The notes under the pieces were generated by a model. It had not been told where the DNA came from. It ran no database searches and saw only the letters and a program-made list of their open reading frames with translations. From Octopus vulgaris (Eukaryota): 64,000 nt of DNA. Positions 51,946 to 64,000 of the stretch are shown here, one piece after another (within the stretch, counting starts at the first letter, position 1; the number at the start of each line of letters is the position of its first letter). The stretch lies in the NCBI GenBank assembly GCA_951406725.2, contig OX597827.1, positions 67,022,001 through 67,086,000 of the forward strand, given 5' to 3'. Made by a program: the position numbers and the translations under genes.

Positions 51946-53889
51946 ACACTTCTGCAAAAGCAATCTTCCGCAGACAAAACTCACACAATGCTTTCAACAA
52001 GGGCAGAATCATTTAATGGCTTAGAAACAACTATGCTATACGTGAACAGATTTCGTCAGTAATTTTTTGAGAAGCCTCGATCGTAAATGGACGGATTAAG
52101 AGACTGAAAGTAAGCTAAAAAGACTTAACAATATTATAATTGACAATCACTTTCTGATTTTAACTAAAATTTCCCATGATTCTAATTTCTTGCCAACCAC
52201 TTCGACAAACACCAAAATAAGTAGGTACTACACATTTTGCCACATTTTTTCAGTTTCATTATCTATTTAATTGCATATCAGAGCATGTCAGAAAATATAC
52301 GGGTGTATGATTAACATGTACAAACGGAAATGGTAGTACCGAAGATGGTGATATAATAGTAGAGACTGGATAGCAAGAGGAAGGATAAATTGCGTGTTAT
52401 CACAGGATTTACATGATACAGAATGTCAAATAGTACATAATTAAGGTTGAGAATTGTAATTAAATGTCAACTTTGCAGCAGAAGTTTTAAAAAGGAATTT
52501 TGTTCTTGGATATTTTTTTCTTAAATTACGTATTTTTATCTTTTCTTTTTATATATATATATATAAAATAGAGCTGAATAGTTCCTTTACAAAATGCCAT
52601 ATGCTGGATCAGCTACTTCAAACTGAAAGCATTAGAAATGTATTCAAACATATTGTTACATAACAGAAAAAAAAGCATGCAAAAATTTATTTCACAAATT
52701 GCTTGCTGTAACAGTTAATAGCAGAAAATGCATTCAAATAATGTTCACATATGCAAGCACGCACCAAGAGAGAAAAAATTCATTCATACCTATGTACATA
52801 GCAACCCAATTCATTTCAGACATCGATGACTATAATAATAGTTTGTCGTGTAAAAAGCACTTAAATATTGACCACATATATAAACACACAACATGACATA
52901 TCAATCTGATTGCTTTCAGATATTGGGGACGTTAATACTTAGCAGTGTAAAATACAGTCGAATACAGAACACATATCCATAGCAACGAATTATATTTCAG
53001 ATGTCGGTAACAGAAAGAGTTATTACCATAAAATACATTCAAATATGAAACGTATTTATGGAGAAATACTTCGGAACACGCAAACATACATAGTAACACC
53101 ATTTCTTTCAGATATGGATGTCTAGAATAGAATAAGTTTTAATGCAATATACATTGAAAATTTCTTCATATATTTCACACATTATCCACGTACAAAACAT
53201 TTTAAATGTATATTTATATATTTTTTCTATATATCTAATTATCTATCTCTCTAACCCATACATCCATTTGTCCATCTTTCCGTTTATCTATCTGTTTATT
53301 CATCTCTCTATCTTATTTCTTTATTGCCCACAAGAATCTAAACATAGAGGGGTCAAACAAGGACAGACAAAGGGATTAAGTCGATATATATATTTATAAC
53401 TTAGTGGTTCGGCAAAAGAGGGGGATAGAATAACTACTAGGCTTACAAAGAATAAGTCCTGGGGTAGATTTTCTAAAGGTGGTGCTCCAGCATGGTCGCA
53501 GTCAAATGACTGAAACAAGTAAAAAAGTAATAGAGTAACAGAGTAATACTAAAATATCCTTATCATTTCAGAAGTTGATAAAAAATACCTATAATTAGCA
53601 ATAATTATTAAAAACCTTCTTACAATTAAAGCTAAATATATAACTACTTAAAAGATAATCTAAAAAAAATAAAGAATTACCACTTACATCTTATCTGGAC
53701 ACACGATGTTCAAATCAACTATTTACTCAAAAGACATGCGCGCGCGCGTGTGTTCGTGTGTGTGCATGTGTGTGTGGTAATACCCAATGCACGTTAATAA
53801 GTATCTAAATGCATTTCACCCTTGCAATATCTACGGACACACAATGCAGCTTAATTGATAAAATATAAACTACCAGATGTATTAGGCCT

Positions 53890-54046
53890 AGGAGTGGTTG
53901 TGTGGTAAGTAGCTTCCTTACCAACCACATGGTTCCGTGTTTAGTCCCATTGCGTGGCACCTTGGGCAAGTGTCTTCTACTATAGCCTCGGGCCGACCAA
54001 AGCCTTGTTAATGGATTTGGTAGACGGAAACTGAAAGACGCCCGTC

Positions 54047-54110
<64 letters not shown>

Positions 54111-54340
54111 GTATGTAGGTATATATGTGTGCGTATATGTTTGTGTGTCTGTGTGTCCCCTCAACATTGCTTGACAACAGATGCTGGTGTGTTTACGTCC
54201 TTGTAACTTAGCGGTTCGGCAAAAGTGACCTATAGAATAAGAAAATGGCTTACACAGAATAAGTCCCGGGGACGATTTGCTCGACTAAAGGCGGTGCTCC
54301 AGCATGGCCACAGTCAAATGAGTGAAATATACATTAGAGT
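53890..54340 (+). mobile_element. SINE family B, near full length
   Basis: aggagtggttgtgtggtaagtagc...(TA)n...ccagcatggccacagtcaaatga. Confidence 0.85.
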
Positions 54341-55275
54341 AAACAGTATTATAAAGCATCATTGTGGGTTTAATGCCGATATCAACGCACATATTCCCTT
54401 CATAATCCTCAAGTATGGAAAGAATCGTAAGAAAGTTCCTAACAGATTGTTTTAACTCGCTTTGCAATGATTATTGGTGAAAGTTACATATGTGCAGTTG
54501 TTATGAGCTTTTCGACGTTCTCCAAGCTTAATATAAAAGCAAACCACACCCACACACACATGCACACAGAGTCTTACATCCATCCATAAACATATATAAT
54601 TGGAAATTCTGCTTCTATAAACAAGATTTGCGACTATCAAAGGAGAACGGAAAGAAGTCAAAGCAAAGAAAACACATCTGAAGTATTTATTTAATAATAT
54701 TGGTTTTAATAGCTAGTCGTTAGCTTCGTTCTGGAAAAAAAACTTTCTTTTGGATGATGCAGACGACCAAAAACAGGAACCTTCTCTATTAAATAAACAT
54801 ATCAACAGTTTCTTACATATACATATATCTAAATGTAGACGCACATACGCACACATACACGCGCGCACACACACAAATATATATATATAGTGTACATTTA
54901 AACACATAAGGAATCCACTCGTGGAATTCGACACGCTAGAAAGAACAGCTAGGTTCTATAGCCACAAAAATTAGGGATGAAATTCGACAGGTACGAAGTG
55001 AAAATAAAAACATTTTACCATTTACTTGAAACTAATCATATAGCGAGCATAAGATTTTATCTGTCATAGTCCATATTAGTAAAAAATCTGCATATATGTA
55101 AATAGATGTGTGTATTTTCCCCTTGTTAACGATTAACACGGAAAAATATATAAATAGTTACCAGGTCAGCAAAAAATCACACAAGTTAAAAGGTTGTAAC
55201 GCCTTGTGTTTAAAGGTAGAAACTTCGGGTTTACGTGAAATATTTTGTATAATATATAAAAATAAATAAGTGTAG

Positions 55276-55344
<69 letters not shown>

Positions 55345-57220
55345 TGATAAAGCTATTGTTTAGAACAGAAATGCAAATTGTGGAAAGGTGTACCGTCCAG
55401 TCGAAGGATTAAAAAGGCACGTGAAAAGACTTCATAACCTGGCACCGGTTCCTTATACCATGCAGTACAACTCTGCATTATGCCATACACTGTATAAATA
55501 TTAATAGTATTGCGACGCAAGGAAAGAAACTAGCTCTAGGATAGTTCAAATATAACTTTAGCATAAAGAAGTATCTAAATGCAATTACACTGCGGAGAAA
55601 AATTCTCGTTTGTGGCAATGGTGTACATGCATTATTACCAGCATAGTTGCACCAACTTTTGGTCCCACTGGATGAATTTCTGCCTTATTATGCTGTTCTC
55701 ATTGAGTGACACCATAGAGAGATAACACTGAACTGACTAAAAAGTTATATCTTTATAATAAAAGAGGCTATTTAGTGACTGGTTTGGGATCGCCCGTGGT
55801 GAACCTCAGTAAAGCTGCCTTTAGAAAATAAAAAATATCACAAGCATATTGGAACTGAACTAATTTTTTCACTATTTCTCATCAAATCTTTGCACTGCTA
55901 TTGATGCATTTATTGACGTCGTTCGGTCTACTAACACAAATCTGTTAAGAATGTTGATAAATGAGTGTTTATTAAAAGCTACGTTTTTCTGTCCGCTAAG
56001 GTTAACTCTCCTTGTCATATCCTACTGAAGACGGCATAAAGAGCCATAGCTTCATCTAGTCTTTAAAAAAGTGCACCGCGGAGAAGTTAATGGTTTATTT
56101 AAACCTTTAAAATAAATGAGGAATTTTTTTCTCCGCTATAAACTGCAATAAAATTGTATTTAAAAGTTTAAATATGCTCCGAACATATTTGCTCTAATCT
56201 AAAGTTGGTTACATATACATACATACATAATACATATATATATATATATATGTGTATATATATATGTGTATATATATATGTGTGTGTGTCTGTGTTACAT
56301 GTATGTATGTATGTATTCATTTATTCTATTAAGTGGAAGTTCGTTCTCACAAATGGTATCCATGTCACATCCATTCCAGTAGCTTGGAAGTCTCAAGCTT
56401 TTGCTCAGCATTAATTTTGTATAACCTTTCTTTGAAGTAGTCACATAAAATACACAATACTTACAGTTGTATACCCACGAAATACTTACGAATACACACA
56501 CACACAAGCACATGCATACATGCACAGAAAGACATATACAGACGCATAGTCTCTGTTCAATTATGATTTCTGACACAGAGCAACTTATGTCGAGATATTA
56601 AAATAATATTCTAAAAATATGAAAAAAAAAATAATACTATTCTGTTTTATTAAAACTGAATTCTTATGGCTTCTAAATCTCTGTTGAATTTTTATTAATA
56701 CAATGTTTCGAAAAAATATCCACACATACGATTTTATTACCAATGGTGTCTACGTAGATGATGTTTTACTTTCACACTTTATAGGACTCAAGTGACTGAA
56801 TACATTTTGTTAGATAAACGATTTAAAAAATATATATATGAAAAAAACATCTGATTAATTGAAATAATATTTTTATGGTTTTCAAATACATTTTGAACTC
56901 CATTGATAAAATGTTTCACAGCCTTTTCAATATATTTTTTTTCTATTATTATTTTCGACTGTCTTTTTATTTTCAGTTAAACGAGTTGGCCTTGGTCAAA
57001 TATACGTTAAATATGTGATATAGATAATGTTTTATTCTATTATTATTCTGCAGATGCAGTTCCAATGCAACACAGTAGATAGTTTATATATTATCTGAAT
57101 ATACTTCATTCACAATAGCAGATTCGATTTTTTTCGGAAGCGACACGAGTACGCATCATTGTTAAGCTGCAAAAACGGTGAAATACGTATATGTTGCTCT
57201 CGTGATGATATTTGATGCGA

Positions 57221-57442
57221 GCTGGCAGAAACGTTAGCACGCCGGGCGAAATGCTTAGCGGTATTTCGTCTGCGTTACGTTGTGAGTTCAAATTCCGCCG
57301 AGGTCGACTTTGCCTTTCATCCGTTCAGGGTCGATAAATTAAGTACCAGTTACGAACTGGGGTCGATCTAATCGACTTAATACCTATGTCTGTCCTTGTT
57401 TGTCCGCTCTGTGTTTAGCCCCTTGTGGGTAATAAAGAAATA
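57221..57442 (+). mobile_element. SINE family A, 14-bp TSD
   Basis: TSD gatatttgatgcga at 57207-57220 and 57443-57456. Confidence 0.92.
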
Positions 57443-58103
57443 GATATTTGATGCGATATCTAGTGTATATTGTGCATATTTACTAATATATATCTTTAAA
57501 GGAATTTTTTTTGTGCACGATAAACGGCAGTTTCTGTCGTTTAAACAATGCACATACGTACAGTATTTTGTGATAAAACTGTCCTTTGAATAAGGACATC
57601 TTTTTCTATTCGTGAAAATCTATTTACTGATTTGCCCAGTTAGGTTACGTACACTGATGGGATCAAATATATAAAAGCGTTTCATATGAGCTTTTGCTTG
57701 CAATTAGCAGAATGAACTTCTTTAAAGAGGCAAATTAATCTACGAAGGAAAATAATGCAGAGCGAATTATTGGTATCATTCAGTTTGTTTCGTTCGCATC
57801 TACGGGTTATTTTTAGTTTAAATCCTAATATGCGCTACCTTCGGTTAAAACAGCGTTCTGATTACCAATCACTTGCCAGTTCATCAAAAAAGCCCGTCAC
57901 AAACATAGAAGAGAAGCTAGAAAACCGATGCGTTGCGTTCAATTAAATATTAAATACTAAATAATATATAGTATATATATGACGGGCTAATTTTATTTCC
58001 CGTCTACTAAATCCTCCCACAAGGCTTTGGCCGACCCTAGGCTATAGTAGAAGTTACTGGCCAAAGCTTCTTGATACACAGTCACTCCTATACTTACATG
58101 CAT

Positions 58104-58134
<31 letters not shown>

Positions 58135-58254
58135 TTATTATAGATATAGGGTAAAAAATTATTAATTTATAATTAATAAATTTCACCAAGTAGTTTCGGT
58201 ATGGAAAATAACCATATTCGCTAAAAACTTATACAAGAAGTTTCATATATAATT

Positions 58255-58453
58255 ATAACAATAATTAAGGGCTTAGCAACAAATTGCTTAACCACATACC
58301 GAAAAATTTAGAAATAGCAGCCAAACGACCGTTATTTCTTTTCGCTACAAAATATGACTCCACAGACAACCCTCTCTGTAACTCACATAGGCAAAAAAGA
58401 AGGAAAATAATGAAATCAAACAGTCTTGTTGCTAAGTCCTTAATTATTGTTAT
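58255..58453. mobile_element. MITE-like element with ~28-bp TIRs
   Basis: ataacaataattaagggcttagcaacaa ... ttgttgctaagtccttaattattgttat, in a TA context. Confidence 0.7.
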
Positions 58454-59200
58454 ATATATATATATGTAAAACATAAATAATATCTATGCATATATGCATA
58501 CTTATATATACATACTTACATCTATGCGTATACATATATATGCATATGTGGGCACATGATGCCACGAACCGTGTACAACAAAATATACGATGTACGAGTA
58601 CATGGAATATGAACAATGGTTTTGAACAACGAAGGACACAGATGGAAAACTGGACAAACAACATAAAGAACGATCCTTCATCAGTTGATGGCATTTTTTC
58701 ATCTCTCGTATTTCGGGCATTTCACGACAACATACGCCTTCGATAAAACAGTTGCTTCCGCAAAGCAAATTAAACCAAATTTGGGTTTTGCGGAGGGTCA
58801 AAACAGGTAACTAAAGCAGGACAGTCAAAACAAAAAAGAAGGGCTGCTAAGCCTAAACGAGGTTGTGGTGGAGAACGCGTACAAACAATCTTGGACAGGA
58901 GACAGAGAAAAACAGGCATTCTTGTACCAGCTAAAACGGATAGAAAGAAACATAAGTCAGGAGAAGAAAGAAAGATGGCCGATGGTTACGTGAGAGCTAC
59001 GTCAGCAAGAGGGAAGAGTGAGGGAGAGAAAGTGACAGACAGAACTCTTAAGAGGATGTATATATACACATATATACATACATATATGGATATATAATTA
59101 TATACGCATGGATATATAAATATACGTAAAAACACATGCATCTATTTATATAAATATATGGATATATATATATATACATATGTATATATACGTATATATA

Positions 59201-59247
<47 letters not shown>

Positions 59248-59307
59248 AAAAATATATATATATATAATTATATATATATAACGTATATATATATATAACT
59301 ATACATA

Positions 59308-59381
<74 letters not shown>

Positions 59382-60520
59382 GTTTTGTTATTCAGACATA
59401 TAGCTTGACCGCGTATACAAAAAGTAATCTTGTATCTGCATATGTAAATAAGTGTAATATATTTCAGTTTATTCACAGCTGATTTGAAACGATGAAATTA
59501 ACTTGATTATTTACGACAGACAGAAACACACTGATTATGTCTGATGTTTAATGAAGCATGTTTTAAGCTTTTGTTTTCCAAGAACTGAAAATTTACGCGT
59601 TACCAATGCACAGCTGAAATATCACTGACCAATTTCGGGACTCTTGTTCTGCTTTCAATAACATATAGCTGACATTTAACTAGAATAGTCTGTTGTAGTT
59701 AATGTTGCTCTTGTCGTCTCTGATGTTTTATTGTTCTGGTCGTTTAGATCAATGTTAGGCCAAATCAGGCAGACCTGTGATCAAAATACAATCCACATAG
59801 TAACTCTTCATCTTTTATTATATAATTCTAAAAGTTGGTGAGATGCCAAAAATCGCTAATGTGTCAGGCAAAATGCTTAGCGGTTTCAGCTTATCATCCA
59901 GTTGATGCTTTGTGTTCAAATTCCGCCGAGGTTAATCTGGTCTTTTAGCCTTTCTACCGCGATAAAATGAATACTGGTTAAGCACCAGTATTTATGTAAA
60001 TCTCTTAGTGTGTTACCCTCAAAGATTTTATGCGTTGCTTTTATACTGAAAACAATTATTTTAGACGCTATTAAGGCAACTAGCTGTGAGATGTGTTAAA
60101 GCTCAGGACACGTTCATTGGGGATATATTTTCCAGTTCTTTAAGTTCTAAGTTCAAATTTTCTCCATCCTAAGTATTGCTCTTCACAATTTCCAGATCGA
60201 TAAAATTCTTACTAGTTGATCACTGGAATTAATATAACTGACTTACCCTTGCCTCTACAATTAGGAATAATTATTACAGACTTCATCATTCAAAGAGTGT
60301 TTTTGTTTTAATAAAGACAGTAGGAAATGATTGAAGGTAGATTTGGTTGCTATTTCAAGAAGTCTGGCGGACAAAATGAGATGGCATCTCAAACTCATGA
60401 ATTTACCATGACTTAAAATTACGTCATGCAAAGTTCACCATGGCAGAATTTGAAATCAGAATGTAAAAACTGGGAATAAATACGACAATAACCCTGCCCT
60501 CACACCGCGTTGCAATGTTT

Positions 60521-60919
60521 CAGGTCATCCCATAAGTTATGTCCGATTTTACCTTTTTAAAAATTGAATGAAATTTAATAGTATTTCAGAATGTCTATTG
60601 GAATTAAAAATTATTTTTATGCATTTATGTACATTTAAACTACTTAAATATTATTTTACAGAATAATATAATTAAAATTTCTTTGATTAAAACCCTTTCT
60701 CACATCGAAGTATCCAAAAAGCATTTAAAACATTTCCGAGTCCTTCGATTCGAAACGAAAAGTGTTTTGCATAAATGGGGTTAAAAAGCTTGTAAATAGA
60801 TGGAAGGAAGTCATAGAAAATCAGGGAAAGAACATTGATGATTAAATCTCATTTAAATATAACATTTGATCACTTGTTTTCTTTATTCAAACTTTGGACA
60901 GAACTTATGGGATGACCAT
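60521..60919 (+). mobile_element. Internally deleted mariner element with both TIRs and the transposase C-terminus
   Basis: TIRs ggtcatcccataagttatgtcc / ggacagaacttatgggatgacc; internal FDSKRKVFCINGVKKLVNRWKEVIENQGKNIDD* matches the mariner GIxKLxxRW C-terminus. Confidence 0.88.
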
Positions 60920-60930
60920 ATATATATATA

Positions 60931-61165
60931 AAGGATCCCATCAACTTTAAATGGAGTCTGGATAGATTCCTTCAAAGAATACCAGATAAGCCACCCATAA
61001 TTGGATACAACTCACCCAACAAGAACTCACTACTTGAATGGACCATAAACAAAACTTGACTTAAACAGGATTCGAATAATCCTATCAGGTGGTGCTATTA
61101 AGTTAGACATAGCCTGGACCAATCTTAGGTCGAAACATATCTAAGTTTATCTAAGTCTAAGTTTA
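60931..61165 (+). mobile_element. 3' end of a CR1/L2-group LINE (ORF2 end, 3' UTR, short tandem tail)
   Basis: KDPINFKWSLDRFLQRIPDKP..NKNSLLEW* (stop at 61057-61059), then a UTR ending tctaagtttatctaagtctaagttt. Confidence 0.7.
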
Positions 61166-61607
61166 TATATATAAATATATATATAATAACAACAGTTTCA
61201 TACAATTGTCAGGATATTTGTTAATTCTGTTATATTAAAGCATATGTTTGTCCAGTTTCTTTAGCGACAAAGATATGATGATTTAAGACGTTTAAGACAT
61301 GCAAGAATCTTTCTCACACCTCATCAAAGCCTCCGACTCCTACCGCCCTTAATCCGTTTTTTTTTTCACAAAGCTAATGCAAATATAAATTTTCTAACTA
61401 CCAAAGGCTGGTTGATTACTCAATTCTGTCGGTGTCTATCCACAGATCTGCATGTTAAGATCGTTTTACTTTCAACTTGAGGCATACATGCATGCATACA
61501 CTCACAAGCACACTCACAAGTGCATGCGCACGCGAACACGTGGAGACACTTTCCTGAGATCTACATGTTAAGATCAGTTTTATTTTCATTATAACACACA
61601 AAATCGC

Positions 61608-61896
<289 letters not shown>

Positions 61897-62128
61897 GTAT
61901 ATATATATTTATATATATATATAAATATTTATATATATGTATATATATATATTATATATATATATATATATATAAATATTTATATATATGTATATATATA
62001 TATTTATATATATGTATATATATATACAACTATATATATATATATGTACATATATATTTACATATATATGTATATATATATATACATATATATATATACA
62101 CATATATATATACACATATATATATATG

Positions 62129-62161
<33 letters not shown>

Positions 62162-62649
62162 GTGTGTATGTGTGTGTGCGTGTGTATGTGTGCATGTATA
62201 TATCACTTTGACACAAAATCTCACCTTATTTTATTTGTTGTCAAGTTTGATGGGATGAATTATTATAACAGCGCAATGCGATTACGGTGCAGGATAATAT
62301 ATTGCCGAACGTCATGAATATTGCGAATAAAGATGCGGTGAGCAGATTTTTGAAGATTTATGTCACATTTATACTATATAAATAACATGCGACATCCGGG
62401 TATGAAAAGAGATGCTTAAGCTTCCATGAATTTCAAGATATAATTTTCGAACATTGATAACTTTTCCTTCTGTTTTATTTTACTTTTTTAACAGTGGTTT
62501 TATATATATATATATCTGTTTATATATATGTATATATATGTGTATAGATATATATTCAATGTACCCGCTATTAGAATGTATAAATACAAACTTCCAATGA
62601 GTTATTGCGTGGGGATATTAGACAGACGGTCGGTTCGATATACGAGCGT

Positions 62650-63186
62650 ACAGATGGATAAACGGATGGACAGATGGCCGGATGGGTACACGAACGGACG
62701 GACAGAAGAATGGATGGATGGACGGACGGATGGATGGACGGACAGACGGACGGACGGATGGATGGATGGATGGATGGATGGATGGACGGATGGATGGATT
62801 GATGAATGGATGGATGGATGGATGGATGGATGGATGGATGGATGGATGGATGGATGGATGGATGGATGGATGGATGGATGGATGGACGGACGGACGGATG
62901 GATGGATGGATGGGTGGATGGATGGACGGACGGACGGATGGATGGATGGATGGGTGGATGGACGGACGGACGGATTGATTGATGGATGGATGGATGGATG
63001 GATGGATGGACGGACGGACTGACGGACGGACGGACGGACGGACAGATGGATGGATGGACGGACGGACAGATTGATTGATGGATGGATGGATGGATGGATG
63101 GATGGATGGACGGACGGATGGATGGATGGATGGATGGATGGATGGATGAATGGACGGATGGACGGACGGACGGACGGATGGATGGA
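62650..63186. repeat. (GGAT/GGAC)n compound microsatellite
   Basis: Direct inspection; source of the WMDG ORFs. Confidence 0.95.
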
Positions 63187-64000
63187 TCTTCCTAGTTCGA
63201 TTACAACATTTTAGCTGTTTGAGCAGCTGAATTACCTGATCCTAAATGAAGGTGTAAATGGCTGAGAATTCGATAAACACGTGTGGTCTTCACGTGATTC
63301 TCCGGTTAAACTAGCACACCACTGTGTGTGTAGAAACGCCATGTGTTTTTACTCACAAGTGAAAAGTACTCGGCCAATTGTCCTCGTAATTTAAAAGCAC
63401 AATCCTTCAACAATAGGTAGATGGAATCTTCTACAAAGTTTCCGTTCACTCAATTTCGCTCAATTTAGCTCAATACGCAGTGACCCCAGTGTTATAGAAA
63501 ACGACATTTTCTGAAGATGTCACGGAGTGGTTCGAACTCGGAACCATGATTTTGCAAAGCGAACTTCTTAAATGGTCGGTCATGTTACATCTTCATGGAA
63601 ATGTTATTTAAGCACTTAAATGAAATATAATGTCAAAGCTTTATGAGTGCTCCTGGATTTAACCAGAAATATGTCTGCAGTGCGCAAGTAAGCAATAATT
63701 GACACTTGGCATTTCAAAGATTCACTTGAGAGTAACTGGGGTTGGCAGAATGCTGTTGTTTATTCCGAGTCTTAAAGCTCTGAGTTCAAATCCCGCAGAA
63801 TCAAAATTTTCTCTTTTATCCTTGCGAGAGTGATAGGATAAATTATGCTATGGATATTCTGAAATTTAACTAAAAATGCAAGCGAAAACATTTAAGAATA
63901 TTTTGAAGGTAGTGACATATCAAACGGATTTAGTTGGCCAAAAATCAAAATTGAAACAATCTCCTTATGTAAAAAATTAACATGAATGTAACTCTGGAAA

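Overview
AT-rich, repeat-saturated eukaryotic non-coding DNA (intergenic or a large intron). It is most consistent with an octopod cephalopod (Octopus sp.), inferred from the tRNA-derived SINE families and extreme (TA)n/(CA)n/(GATA)n density. No intact host gene, RNA gene or CRISPR array is supported, and almost all listed ORFs are microsatellite or satellite translations. The window holds dozens of SINE copies from at least five families (several with clean target-site duplications, TSDs). It also holds five non-autonomous Helitron copies, four decayed Tc1/mariner-superfamily elements, RTE- and CR1-like LINE fragments, several foldback elements and a 13-unit 165/166-bp satellite. The most notable hidden signal is about ten minimal type-I hammerhead-ribozyme (HHR) motifs of the Penelope-like-element kind, from several unrelated repeat families; at least two have fully intact cores and two sit within long DNA palindromes. 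Other points of note are a G-R-Y-R target preference of the youngest SINE, modular Helitrons with a shared 3' end, a 59-bp templated insertion, and a diverged repeat-spacer array of splice-acceptor-like blocks at 52.8-53.1 kb. All identifications were made by eye; no database search was run.
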